64,000 nt of DNA from Eledone cirrhosa (GCA_964016885.1 OZ024741.1:353276001-353340000); one strand, 5' to 3'. Positions 40,466-54,425 are shown, counted from the stretch's first letter. Program-made: numbers and translations. The notes: generated from the sequence alone by a model not told the origin.

Positions 40466-40702
40466 ATATAATATAATATAATATATATATACATATATAT
40501 ATATGAGTGTATATAAGTGTCAATATGGTACGTGAATACATACGCGTATACACGCACACAGGTACATACATACTACATACATGCATACATAGATGGATGC
40601 ATACTTACAAATATACCTTTACACAGACACACATACATATATGAATATACGCAAGTACATATTTATGTACGTATGTATACATATATATATATATATATAT
40701 AT

Positions 40703-41321
40703 GGTGTCAGGTCACCAGTTGGTGCTACTGGTAACATGTATCCCAGTACAACCTGTCCCATGGTCGGGTCGTTGGCGACTAAACTGGCAACCCCACCAGG
40801 GTTTCTTGGTGAGGAGGGTGACTTTGGACATCCTGCAGGACTAAAAACAAAACCTGTCAAAGGGTAAAGGAGCTCTTTAGAGTCAATGGCCATCCCAAAT
40901 CACTGGGAGAGATGACCCTTTAGCCTTTGTCAAGGCAGAATTCTAGGAGAAGGAAAACTCTGATATAACACCTGCAACCCTGATGGTATCCAATGATGTT
41001 GACTTGTTCTTCTTTTTGGTAAATATTATCTTGGTTAAGAGAGTGGGACTGGCTTTGTGCAGTGCCTTTGCTCACTATAAAAGCTTCACGGCACAGGCAT
41101 TGCTTTATATCTGGAGATCTCTGATCTCTCTGCACTTGTCGTCACATGGCACCATGGGCCCAGCACTATGTGTCAATAATTGTCACAGGTGTAGTGTTTT
41201 TACCAGGATTTTCAAGTCGCTGGCTGGACTAAAAAGTCACACTCGTTCAGCGCATTGGTAGGGGTTCTCCTACATGGATATAAAGTAGTGGCCGTACTCG
41301 AAAACGAGTTGGCAGCCACCA
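40703..41321 (+). mobile_element. RTE-derived 600-bp element, array copy 1
   Basis: Full length, with the 5'UTR motif CTAGGAGAAGGAAAACTCTGA, zinc-finger remnant, and 3' end GGCAGCCACCA plus (TA)n. Confidence 0.9.
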
Positions 41322-41694
41322 TATATATATGTATGTACATATATTTATATATGTATATGTATGTATGTACATATATTTATATATATATATGTATGTATGT
41401 ATATATATTTATATATATATATGTATGTATGTATATATATTTATATATATGTATGTATATATATTTATATATATGTATGTATGTATATATATTTATATAT
41501 ATGTATGTATGTATATATATTTATAATGTATGTATGTATATATATTTATATATATGTATGTATGTATATATATTTATGTATATATATGTATGTATGTACA
41601 TATATTTATATATGTACATATGTATGTATATATATATGTACATATGTATGTATATATATATGTATGTATGTATGTATGTATATATATATGTTAT

Positions 41695-42302
41695 GTCAGG
41701 TCACCAGTTGGTGCTACTGGTAAAATGTATCCCAGTACAACCTATCTCATGGTCGGGTCGTTGGCGACTAAACTGGCAACCCCACCAAGGTTTCTTGGTG
41801 AGGAGGGTGACTTTGGACATCTTGCAGGACTAAAAACAAAACCTGTCAAAGGGCAAGGGAGCTCTTAAGACTCAATAGCCATCCAAAATCACCGGGAGAG
41901 ATGACCCCTTAGCCTTTGTCAAGGCAGAATTCTAGGAGAAGGAAAACTCTGATATAACACCTGCAACCCTGATGGTATCCAATGATGTTGACTTGTTCTT
42001 CTTTTTGGTAAATATCATCTTGGTTAAGAGAGTGGGACTGGCTTTGTGCAGTGCCTTTGCTCACTATAAAAGTTTCACAGCACAGGCATTGCTTTATATC
42101 TGGAGATCTCTCTGCACTTGTCATCACATGGTACCATGGGCCCTGCACTATGTGTCAATAATGGTCACAAGTGTAGTGTTTGTACCAGAGTTTTCAAGTC
42201 GCTGGCCGGACTAAAAAGTCACATTCGTTCAGCGCATCGGTAGGGTTCTCCTACATGGATATAAAGTAGTGGCCGTACTCGAAAACGAGTTGGCAGCCAC
42301 CA
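41695..42302 (+). mobile_element. RTE-derived 600-bp element, array copy 2
   Basis: Direct repeat of copy 1. Confidence 0.9.
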
Positions 42303-42404
42303 TATATATATGTATGTATGTATATATATATATGTATGTATGTATGTATATATATATGTATGTATATATATATGTATGTATGTATGTATATATATATATG
42401 TTAT

Positions 42405-43013
42405 GTCAGGTCACCAGTTGGTGCTACTGGTAAAATGTATCCCAGTACAACCTGTCTCATGGTCGGGTCGTTGGCGACTAAACTGGCAACCCCACCAAGG
42501 TTTCTTGGTGAGGAGGGTGACTTTGGACATCCTGCAGGACTAAAAACAAAACCTGTCAAAGGGCAAGGGAGCTCTTAAGACTCAATAGCCATCCAAAATC
42601 ACCGGGAGAGATGACCCCTTAGCCTTTGTCAAGGCAGAATTCTAGGAGAAGGAAAACTCTGATATAACACTTGCAACCCTGATGGTATCCAATGATGTTG
42701 ACTTGTTCTTCTTTTTGGTAAATATCATCTTGGTTAAGAGAGTGGGACTGGCTTTGTGCAGTGCCTTTTCTCACTATAAAAGCTTCACAGCACAGGCATT
42801 GCTTTATATCTGGAGATCTCTCTGCACTTGTCATCACATGGTACCATGGGCCCTGCACTATGTGTCAATAATGGTCACAAGTGTAGTCTTTGTACCAGAG
42901 TTTTCAAGTCGCTGGCTGGACTAAAAAGTCACATTCGTTCAGCGCATCGGTAGGGGTTCTCCTACATGGATATAAAGTAGTGGCCGTACTCGAAAACGAG
43001 TTGGCAGCCACCA
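42405..43013 (+). mobile_element. RTE-derived 600-bp element, array copy 3
   Basis: Direct repeat that shares private variants with copy 2. Confidence 0.9.
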
Positions 43014-43082
43014 TATATATATGTATGTATGTATATATATATATGTATGTATGTATATATATATATTTATGTATGTATATAT

Positions 43083-43668
43083 AGTTGGTGCTACTGGTAA
43101 CATGTATCCCAGTACAACCTGTCTCATGGTCGGGTCATTGGTGACTAAACTGGCAACCCCACCAAGGTTTCTCGGTGAGGAGGGTGACTTTGGACATCCT
43201 GCAGGACTAAAAACAAAACCTGTCAAAGGGCAAAGGAGCTCTTAAGAGTCAATGGCAATCCAAAATCACCGGGAGAGATGACCCCTTAGCCTTTGTCAAG
43301 GCAGAATTCTAGGAGAAGGAAAACTCTGATATAACACCTGCAACTCTGATGGTATCCAATGATGTTGACTTGTTCTTCTTTTTGGTAAATATCATCTTGG
43401 TTAAGAGAGTGGGACTGGCTTTGTGCAGTGCCTTTGCTCACTATAAAAGCTTCATGGCACAGGCATTGCTTTATATCTGGAGATCTCTCTGCACTTGTCG
43501 TCACATGGTACCATGGACCCAGCACTATGTCACAAGTGTAGTGTGTGTACCAGAGTTATCAAGTCGCTGGCTGGACTAAAAAGTCACACTCGTTCAGTGC
43601 ATCGGTAGGAGTTCTTCTACATGGATATAAAGTAGTGGCCGTACTCGAAAACGAGTTGGCAGCCACCA
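43083..43668 (+). mobile_element. RTE-derived 600-bp element, array copy 4
   Basis: Direct repeat, slightly 5'-truncated, with a small internal deletion near 43530. Confidence 0.9.
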
Positions 43669-43788
43669 TATATATATATAGTAGTGAAAGAGTGAAGAAT
43701 AACATAGACTGCTGTACAAAAAGGGTACAGAGTACTCACAACCTGTAAATGGATTACCTAAAACGATAACTTGTTATCCCATATATAA

Positions 43789-43851
<63 letters not shown>

Positions 43852-43855
<4 letters not shown>

Positions 43856-44268
43856 AAAGAATAGAGGTGTAACACACAAGTTATTATATATTGGTAAACG
43901 GAATAGAAATGCTGACAAATTGTTCACAGTTGAAAAATGGTTTAATTAGGAATAAAAGAGTATTAGTGATTGTATGGGTTAGTATTCAGTTGTGGTTTTA
44001 AGTTTTTAAGTTTTTACCGGTTGCGCATTTCTAAATGCTTTTCAAAAATAATTTTGAGATAGAGTGTCCGTGCAGATCAGAGCAAACAGCACGGACACTC
44101 TATCTCAAAATTATTTTTGAAAAGCATTTAGAAATGCGCAACCGGTAAAAACTTAAAAACTTAAAACCACAACTGAATACTAACCCATACAATAACTAAT
44201 ACTCTTTTATTCCTAATTAAACCATTTTTCAACTGTGAACAATTTGTCAGCATTTTCTATTCCGTTTA

Positions 44269-44272
<4 letters not shown>
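43852..44272. mobile_element. Long palindromic element without the central SINE
   Basis: Near-identical to 28323-28922. The arms join at GTGTCCGTGC|AGATCAGAGC (44073/44074). Confidence 0.9.
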
Positions 44273-44315
<43 letters not shown>

Positions 44316-44318
<3 letters not shown>

Positions 44319-44403
44319 AACATATTACCCACTCTACTACCCTAAGTATTGAGTAATTTGATGCGTTATGGTCCACCTGGTTCCTTACCACATTACCTTC
44401 GTT
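44316..44403 (+). mobile_element. 3' tail fragment of the 28949-29138 family
   Basis: Reverse complement of 28949-29027, located between (TA)n tracts. Confidence 0.75.
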
Positions 44404-44513
44404 ATATATATATATATATACATATATATACATATACATATACATATATATATACATATATACAACAAAATGCCGGACTGAAAAATTTACTTTAGAATTT
44501 TAAATCCGCGAAA

Positions 44514-44555
44514 GCACTATACGTATTTCGATGGCCGAACCCTACCTTCAGGTGT
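44514..44555 (-). ncRNA. Minimal hammerhead motif (A9G variant or mutated)
   Basis: Minus strand reads CAC-CTGAAGG-TAGGGTTCGGCCATC-GAAA-TACGTATA-GTG, with palindromic stem III AUACGUAU. Confidence 0.55.
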
Positions 44556-44935
44556 TATTTCCAGAATTATATAAGATTACGTTGGACCCCAAAACCGATA
44601 GAAGATAGAAGATACAAAGAATTTGAAAATACCAAATAGAAAATGGACAACAAATTCGATTCGGGCACCGCCCCCTAATTTGGTGTTGCATCGAAAGCAG
44701 ACGACCCCCAAATGTCACGTTATCAGTTAATGTCAGCTGGTAGGCGTGGTGAAGGTGCTGGCGGTTGTCGAGTATATATATTCTTTATTATGATTGAGTT
44801 TCATCTGCGTACTCTCAGCATCACCAAACAGTGATCCTCTGAGTACACAGGTGAATCTCCAGAGCAACCATGTCTACAGTGGCATTGAGTACTCATTCTT
44901 GTGTCCAACAACATAACACTTGTCGGCATTTTACA

Positions 44936-45018
<83 letters not shown>

Positions 45019-45113
45019 CGGCGATGAATTATATATATATATATATCCCTTTCCCTCTCTTTCTCTCCCCTCTCTCTCTCTTTCTCTTTCTCTTTCTCCC
45101 CCCCCCCCCCCAC

Positions 45114-45144
<31 letters not shown>

Positions 45145-45498
45145 CATAGTTACATAACCCCATACACACACATACATACATACAAGCATACATACATACA
45201 TACGTAATTTATTGATTGATCTTAAGTTTCTTCTTTTCAGAAATAATGGGATATCTGATTGTTTTTAGTCTTAAAATAACTGTTCTATTTCATAGTGCAG
45301 ATCAAATGGCACAACGCCGCCATGTTAAAGAATGGTGCTAATGCACAAGTGATGCTTAGAACGGAATCTGATAACACCATAATAATTCACGGTGAAATTC
45401 AAGGCTTCTCTCTGTGTTTCTCCTTTATTTCTCTCTATCTTGATCTACTTATTTATCAGTCAGTGGTTCTCTCTCTCTTTATCTCCCCCACCCCTCTT

Positions 45499-45543
<45 letters not shown>

Positions 45544-45559
45544 GTAAACATACGTATAT

Positions 45560-45731
<172 letters not shown>

Positions 45732-45938
45732 ATATATATATACATATATATGTATGTGTGTGCTTGCGCGCGCCCATGTGTGTTTTATCATCTTCCCCCC
45801 CCCCCCCACACACACACACACACTCACACACACACTCTGTTTTATTTTTCTTCCTTTTCTTACTTCCTTTCTCAACTTCCCTCTCTGATTTTCAGTGAAA
45901 TTCAAGGCTTCTCTCTTAGTCCCATATCTTTCTCTCCC

Positions 45939-45977
<39 letters not shown>

Positions 45978-45992
45978 TCTCTCTCTCTCTCA

Positions 45993-46026
<34 letters not shown>

Positions 46027-46252
46027 TTCTATCTATCTATTTCTCAACATGGATGAAATCAAGTAAATGCAATACAGTTTCTTGTTTGTCTAGCTTCCAT
46101 TGTCAAGTCTCTCTACCCAACATATATTTCTTTCTCTCTTTCTCTCTTTATCTCTATTTTCCTCTCTTTCCATTTCCCTTAATTTCTTTATGCATCTATC
46201 TGTTTATCTGTCTCTCTCTGTCTGTCTCCCTCTCTCTCACTCTCTCCCTCTC

Positions 46253-46296
<44 letters not shown>

Positions 46297-46298
<2 letters not shown>

Positions 46299-46556
46299 GA
46301 GGTAAGGGTGCTGGACTTACGGTCATAATGTCATGGGTTCGACTGTGTGTTGTGTTCTTGAGCAAAACGCTTCATTTCACGTTGCTTCAGTATACTCTGC
46401 TGAAAATGAGTACCAGCAATAGGTGGGGGTTTAACCCTGAGATGGACTGGCGTCCTGTCCAGGGGGAGTCTTGTACTCTCAGTCGCTTCACGCCATGAAA
46501 CTGGGATAAGCTCCGACCTAATGCGCCTCCTGGCTTAAGACAGACTTTAGACTTTA
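46297..46556 (+). mobile_element. tRNA-derived SINE, family A (box A deleted)
   Basis: Similar to 11403-11674. Confidence 0.8.
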
Positions 46557-46654
46557 AATATATATATATACATATATATAGTAATAATAATAAATGTTAA
46601 GACTAATGTGTGTATATATATATATATATATATGTATGTCTGTGTGTATATATA

Positions 46655-46697
<43 letters not shown>

Positions 46698-46712
46698 TTT
46701 GATTACCTATAC

Positions 46713-46890
46713 AGGCAATAGAGCGTCTGATACCATGCTTTTCAGCATGGAGTTATGATCCTTTATATTCTGAGTTTAAATCCCACCGAGGTTAATTTTG
46801 CCTTTCATCCTTCATGAGTCGATAAAATAAAGTACCAGTTACGCACTGGGGTAATTGCTGGCCTTGTACCAAAGTAGAAACAATTATTAT
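46713..46890 (+). mobile_element. SINE family B copy
   Basis: Contains the TTTGCCTTTCATCC..GTCGATAAAATAAAGTACCAG domain. Confidence 0.75.
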
Positions 46891-48129
46891 AATGATGTTG
46901 AAGTGCGTATTTAATTTTTGGGACACCCTGTATACACACGCATACACACATATATATATATATAGTGTGTAGGTGTGTGTGAGAGTGCATCCGTGTTATA
47001 TGTTTATCTGCCTATATACCTGACTGTCTATCTATATATTTACCTCTCCATCTACCTATCAGTCAATTTTCTTTACTCACAGTTAATATCCTATCTTTCA
47101 ATCTATTACCCTCTATTCGCTACAAACTGTCATGGTTGTTCTATCTTTATATTAACACATCACTATCGCGTCTTTCCGATCCTCTTTACGCAGTTCATTT
47201 TCATACACCCACATATACATTTTCCCTTATTTGCATACCGGTTTAGATACAAAAAGTGAATAGATTCTCCATCAATTTAGATCATATGTAATATAATTGT
47301 TTGACCACATGAGCTATCTACTCATTCATATGTACATACACGACTGGGTATTCTACCAAACCGTAACGTAATCCCCGCTCAGCCCAATGACAATGTGTGT
47401 GTGGAGGAAAAGTTGAACTTTTGAATTACAAGTAGACTTCATCCAACGGGCTTCCACACAGTTTTCATCAACAGAATTTCACTCATGCAGCTTGGTTTGG
47501 CTATTATCAACCGAAAATGCCACTTACTCAGATCGAATTCAAGATCTCGTGATTACAAAGTGAACTACTTATTCGTGTTGTCATGATTGCGCCCACATTA
47601 ATGATATATTGAAACACACAAACAAATATATACAAGTGTGCGTCGGCTGCAGATGAGGGCCAATACCCAGTGAGATACCACCTTGAAACAGTACAGTTAT
47701 AGTAGTAAATTTACTAAACTATAAAATATATCAGGCTCTACATACGTCTCCGCCAGAATTAATTGGGCTGTTTTATGTTCTTCACATGTAAAATCATTAC
47801 AACACAAATATCCTATTTATACACGTACATAACCACACACAATCACAGACACACGTATACATAGATATCAACAAGCAGACAGACATACCAGATTATATAT
47901 GTGAGTGCCTATAGTGTGTACACATACACACACACACACACATACATACACACACACACATATATATATATATATACAAAGAGGAAGAGAGAGAGAGAAA
48001 GAAGGACACATAGATAGATAAATCGATACCTACATACCTACACACACACGCACACATACATATATACGTACATATATACATTACATAAATCACTAATCGA
48101 TCTATAGATATATAAATAAATAAATACAT

Positions 48130-48310
<181 letters not shown>

Positions 48311-49651
48311 AAAATGTATCTGTATCAAGTTACAAATTCTGCGGAATGTTTAATGATGAATTTGGTTAGGTTTCTTTGGTTACAACAAAGAAATTAATTT
48401 GAAATGATGCTACACTGCTTAAATTAATTATATGTAGCAGACAGTGTTGAAGGAGATACCTATAATAAATTCACAGCCAAAATTCAAAGCACATACAAAT
48501 AAACTAAAAGGAATAACAGCTAACTTGTGAGAACAAAGACCTAAGAAAACGAGAAACAAAACCAATAGTACACTAGATTTTATAGAAAATCAAATGTCAG
48601 ATTCAGAGCTGGACATAAGTCATAGGATCCATCCTGATATAAATTGAATTTGCATCTTTAAGTAAATATCCAGTTAGAAGAGGTTAATTACAATTATAAA
48701 AGATCATTACCGCAAACATTTATAAAATTCATCTACAAACAAGACATGTCAAAATATAATGTCAATAATCAGCACTGTCTTTACATACATGGAGTCATTT
48801 GGAGAAAGTGAATCTGAAAGTTACAAAGTGTATGCTTTTTCCAGGAGCATAAATGGTGTAACTGAAATACAGTAGTTTCTATGTTCTTCTTAATGTTTAG
48901 CTACAGGCCTGCTCGGATCAAAGAAGATTATGACCAAAGATATTTTAGTTGAAAACATCCGGTCTTTTTTCCAGATGTAATGTATCCAAGACTACAATAT
49001 CTAATGTGCCCTTCCTATCTTTATATATTCACTTCAGCTGCTATTTTTAGCGGCTAAGCGATTATATAATGGCTTTCTGGCTTATTCGTCGTTTCTATGG
49101 AAGAATTGAAAGGAATTTTAAGTTCTCACAATATGTTTTACATAGAAGCAAGGCCCAAAATTCCAAAGAGGAAAGCATAGAAATATTCATGTTTCTCCAA
49201 CGATACCAAAGCAAGAGAAAGGTGTTTGGGAAATGCAAGTCATTTGTATATTCTTCTGACCCTTCACCAGCAAATCTGATGTTTCGTGTGTACGTAATAA
49301 CATTTCCCCCACTTGCTTTAATTTCCATGCCAGTTTGGAACCAATACATAAAATGAGAATTTCTATTGAATATGTTCAATGTTAATTTTATGTATAATTT
49401 ATTTAATTTACTCATTATATTTTTAAATAACTAGCTATCAATATTTCTGATACATACATACATATACATATATACATATATATATGTATATATAAAGGCA
49501 GGGAAAAAAAGTCAGAGAATTTCACTGAACAGAAGATCCTTTCTATTTGCCGTGATGAAGAACAATGACCAACAACGACCCACACTCAGTTGAGAATTCT
49601 TTAGTGGACACACGGACAAACACACAAGCACACGCACACACGCACACGCGC

Positions 49652-49709
<58 letters not shown>

Positions 49710-50052
49710 CACAAGATATATAACAGATATCAAAAGTGGAAGTATACAATCAAATCTCAAAGGAGAGTAGAGACAGACTTATAGGTTCTGAGATGCGGCA
49801 ATTGCTCAATGTTTAAATCACGCAAAATAAGCGTTAAGAGAAGAATTTGGTTAGAGCATGGAAAACGTTAGTGATGCATTTAGAAAATAAGCAGAGCCTG
49901 TACATACAAAAGTATTTGAAGGAAATCAACCAACTTTCATTAAGAACTGTTCAATCACTTACAAATGTTTCTAATATTTTATGAAATGAATTCGTCTATA
50001 TTATGTGACTGTAAATTGAAACAAGTTTATTCCACTCTGACTAAGGTGTCTT

Positions 50053-51404
50053 GTGTATGAATTTGAAAAGACCCCGCACTCTCTGGTCTGGTCTGTGGTT
50101 AGAAAGGTTCCCCCAGACAGAGGCGGGTCTGGTATTTGCAACCTCTGTCTTTGTGAGACACTCGAGATACTTCATGGCGGAACCAAGCTATTAAACAGAA
50201 GGGCCGACTTATTCGGTGCCTGCAGACACCTAAGGACGGGAACTTTCCTCAAGCTATATGGATAAACCCCGGTTAAGGCCTCCCCCCCCCCTGTAGGTCC
50301 CCTACACCAATGACCAATGGACAACAACAATCACCCATAGTTTGTGGTCCCTATGGTGGATAGTCCACCGGATCCTCTACTGGTTAGGAGTCATCAAAAC
50401 CACGTTTTATTGAACCTGATTTTATATATATATATGTATTATATGTATATATATATATATATATTTTATATGTATATATATGTGTATTTTATATATATAT
50501 ATATATGTATATATTTTATATATATGTATTTTATATATATATATATGTATGTATATTTTATATGTGTATATATTTTATATATATGTATATTTTATATATA
50601 TATATATTTTATATATATATATATTTTATATATATATATGTATTTTATATATATATATATACATATGTATATATATATATATATACATATATATACCTGT
50701 ATGGATTTGTGTGTGTAGATGTGTGTGTGTCTGAGGGGGTAGGTGTGAGTGCATGTACAAGTCAACCAACATAAACCTTTTATTTCTAATTTTCTAAACT
50801 ATCTAAGTATTTGACTAACCATTATTTTAAGTATTACCACCCCACATTAATTCCTCAATTTGTATGTGTGGATATGTGTGTGCGTCTGTGGAGGTGGGTG
50901 TGAGTGTAGTGCAAGCCAACCTACATAAGTCTTTTTATTTGTAAACTTTCTACTCTAACCATAATTTTCAATAGCACCACTCCACATAAATTCCTCAATT
51001 TAAGAATGACCTGTAGTATCTATTTCATACTATAAACCTCAATTGAATATATATCTGACCAGGAATGCTTTTTGTGAAAATCAGTCATATGGAACTATTG
51101 TCATCTTGCCTGACGGTTTGAACTTTACAACACCACCTGCCTCTTTGAGGTCAAATACCAACCCTACTAGCATCTACAAACTGACCAATGAGAATTAAGA
51201 CTATTCCTGCTGACAACATTAAATTATTCCTAACAAGCTCATATGTCCCAAGGCTCTGATACCATCAACACTATAAACACAGAGCTGGCATATCTAAGAA
51301 CTGACTAACTGCCTGATGAGGTCATAGCCATTCAATGGTTATCATCGAAATATATATAGCAGTACATAAAGGATTATGAGTTCATGCAATTGACTTATGT
51401 TTCG

Positions 51405-51410
<6 letters not shown>
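50053..51410 (+). mobile_element. 5'-truncated Penelope-like element: ORF C-terminus, 3' region and hammerhead
   Basis: ORF WSVVRKVPP..CNLCLCETLEIL..LLNRRADLFGACRH matches a PLE GIY-YIG C-terminal W..CxLCLxE..LLNxRxE..CRH pattern. A same-strand HHR lies at 51308-51363, and the region ends in (TA)n. Confidence 0.75.
51308..51363 (+). ncRNA. Type I hammerhead ribozyme
   Basis: ACTGC-CTGATGA-GGTCATAGCCATTCAATGGTTATCATC-GAAA-TATATATA-GCAGT. Stem I is a perfect 5 bp, stem II is ~11 bp, and stem III is palindromic. Confidence 0.85.
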
Positions 51411-51458
<48 letters not shown>

Positions 51459-52080
51459 TATATGCATATATGTGTATATTTATACTCGGAATTTTTTCCT
51501 AGAGTGCTTAAAATTATTTGTGACTAATCCCGGTCTTTTTTTTTTAAATATCGCGATAATATTGCTATTTTGCTGAACTCCTTACACTTTGTTGAGTTTT
51601 TTCGGAATGTTTTTTGACTGCTGTTTCCTGTAAACAGACATTCGTCTCATTCTGACGTCACCAGCCACGTCTCTCCATGTGCGTTTATTTTCATATTTAC
51701 GCATGAGGTGAAATTCCATTTTTGGCATATTCTAGCAGTGATCCTAGGGTTATCGTGTTGAGCTCTACTGATGAACGACTACAACCGTGACCATCCCCAC
51801 TGAAAGTTTCGTGAAATAGTCTTTTTAGACTATATAGAGCATTTGTAGTTTTTCCAAATTGAAGGATGAGTATTTAAACTTTATTTTATTCAGAGTTAAG
51901 GCTCTATTGATTTTTCCCTGGATTTTACAAAGTCTGTGGATAAATCTGTCTTGATTTTTTGTTTAATTGAGTTTGAATTATTTTCCCACATCTTACGTTA
52001 ATTATTTTTCCATTTTGAGTCACCTATATATTATGAAATACTGTTGGCTTCATGCTCACAATAATTTCTATTCTTTCATT

Positions 52081-52143
<63 letters not shown>

Positions 52144-52770
52144 ATGTGTGTATGTGTGTGTGTTTGTGTGTGTGTGTGTATGTAGTGTGTGCGTGTGTGT
52201 GTGTGTAAGTTTGAAGTGTTGAATGCTGTAAAATGAATTCAATCATTTACTATCAATGTGCATATCACGAATAGCGCACACATGCACACATGCACACATG
52301 CACACATGCACACGTGCACACATGCACACATGCACACACTCCGACATATTCATACATCGTCACACACAACGAATGACTCAAATGCACCACACACCTACAT
52401 CTGCAATAGTGACGCATCATATATATCCGCCTTTCCTCTTAATTGTCACAGAAACCTTCAAAAGTTCAGGACCTCTGCTGTCAGTTAAGGCAATTTTCCT
52501 GACAGTCTTGGCACCGGGAGAGCGGTGAGGGGGAAGTCGATTGCTTTCTATAGTTATGTTGTTGTCGACGTCTGTCATACCAAGATGACGATAGTGACTG
52601 TAGTGTATCGGAAAATGTACTGCTTCTTCGGGATAATATGTCATATGTATGTGCGTGCATGTGTGTGTGTGGAGAGGGGGGTGTATATGTGTGTGTGGAG
52701 GGGGGGTATATGTGTGTATGTGAGTGTATGTGTGTGTGTGTGTATGTTCGTGTATGTGTGTATGCGTGTA

Positions 52771-52801
<31 letters not shown>

Positions 52802-53299
52802 ATGTGTGTGTGTGGGGGGGGGGGGGGTATGTGTGTGTGTATATGCATGTGTGTGTATATGTGTGTGTATGTGTGTGTGTATGTGCGCGCGTGTGTGCGT
52901 TTGTATGTGTGTACGTGTGTTTGTATTTGTGTGTGTGTGTATATGTGTGTATGCCTATGTATTTGTATGTGTGTATGTGTATCTGTGTGTGTTTGGATGT
53001 GTATGTGTGTATGTATGTGTATGTGCGTGTGTGTTTGTGTATGTTTGTGTATATGTATGTGTTTGTGTGTGTGTGTGGGGGGGGGGGTCCTACATTGGTA
53101 TTCCCCTCTTCTATCTCACCGTTCTCCTTACACTCAGACTATATCTTCACTCTAAAATCCCTGTCAACCGCCTTTTCTGTTTCCTGAATGTCACATATCA
53201 CCTTTGGATTGCCGTCTTCCCATGCGCATGTTATATCAAGCTCTTTTTCTCCTTACGAATTATATGCTTTATTACGCCAATCCACTTCACTTGCATAAT

Positions 53300-53500
53300 A
53301 CACCACCACCACCACCACCACCACCAACACCACCACTACCATCACCACCATCACCACTACCATCAGCACCACCACCACACCATCACCACTAACACTACCA
53401 CCATCACCGCCATCACCACTACTACTACCACCACCACCACTACCACCACTACCATCACCACCACTACTATCACCACAGCCACCACCACCACCACCACATC
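53300..53500. repeat. (CAC/CAT/CTA)n trinucleotide tract
   Basis: Read directly from the sequence. Confidence 0.9.
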
Positions 53501-53705
53501 AATTAATGCTATCGTGCAATGCTTGTGCGTGAAGATTTTTTTTAAAGTGAGGAAAGACTGTGCACTGAGCCAATCCCACTCTCTGGGCGACAGTAGCCAT
53601 AACCCGAAAAGAAGAAAAGATTATATGTCGGAAAAGATTTATGTCAGAGTTATTCCAGTTACCTGAGTTGCCTTCTCCTAGAAGAATGCCCTGACAAAGT
53701 CTTGG
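53501..53705 (-). mobile_element. Bipartite RTE-derived element (953-1245 family)
   Basis: Close similarity to 1015-1235. Confidence 0.7.
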
Positions 53706-53769
53706 GGTTTAACCGCGCGATCGTGTATCCACACCGATTATTCTATGTCCCCGCGCACATACATACATT

Positions 53770-54134
53770 GAAGGACCAGACTTTAAATTTTAGAATACAC
53801 TTTATGGATGGGCAAACCTTCAGAGTAAAAAACATTTCACCTGCAACACGGCAAAGCTAATCTATGTGACTATAAGTTGTGGATGTTTGCAAAATGTCAT
53901 AAGACAGACGGGAATATCATTTCGCGAAAGAATGACCATACACCGCGAACAAATTTGTCCCGAAAACACGAGACAATACCCTTAAACAGCTACATGGGAA
54001 CATATGCAGAATTAGATATACCCAAATTCAAAATTTTCCCACTCTACAAATGCTCCGACTCTTTCAATCAACAACAGAGATTAAATGAAGAAAACCAATT
54101 CATTAACAATTGTAAACCACAATTAAATATGTAA
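53770..54134 (+). mobile_element. Penelope-like GIY-YIG endonuclease remnant
   Basis: One frame reads HFTCNTAKLIYVTISCGCLQNVIRQTGISFRERMTIHREQI (degenerate LIY..C.GC..YIGQTG..R..H). After a frameshift it continues FKIFPLYKC..RLNEENQFINNCKPQLN. Confidence 0.8.
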
Positions 54135-54157
54135 TTGTCCCACATTAGACGATAAAT

Positions 54158-54350
54158 AATTGTTTCTACTTTTGGCAAAAGACCAACAATTATCTCAGTG
54201 CATTACTGGTACTTTATTATTTTATTCACACCGTACGGATGAAAGGCTAAGTTAACCTCGAGGGGATTTAAACTCAGACCGCAAAGGGACGTAACTCCAT
54301 GCTGCAAAGCATGGCGTCCGACCCTCTACCGATACTGCCAATCCACCGCC
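54158..54350 (-). mobile_element. SINE family B copy
   Basis: Reverse complement is similar to 59388-59590. Confidence 0.8.
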
Positions 54351-54425
54351 TACAATGATCTGTAGATGGGAATAACCAAATTACATACACCTGTAAGTAA
54401 ATCTATAAATGGGCAACCACACACA

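Noticed and set aside
40920-43579. Recurrent 70-90 aa ORFs (MVSNDVDLFFF.., ..LLEFCLDKG) suggesting a small gene family
   Set aside because: They recur only because the RTE-derived repeat recurs. Frames break between copies, and only the zinc-finger remnant is protein-derived.
47646-47703. CAGATGA..GAAACAGTACAGTTA hammerhead-like motif (similar weak cases at ~27150 and ~57704)
   Set aside because: It needs several core or stem substitutions and cannot be distinguished from chance without family consensus sequences.
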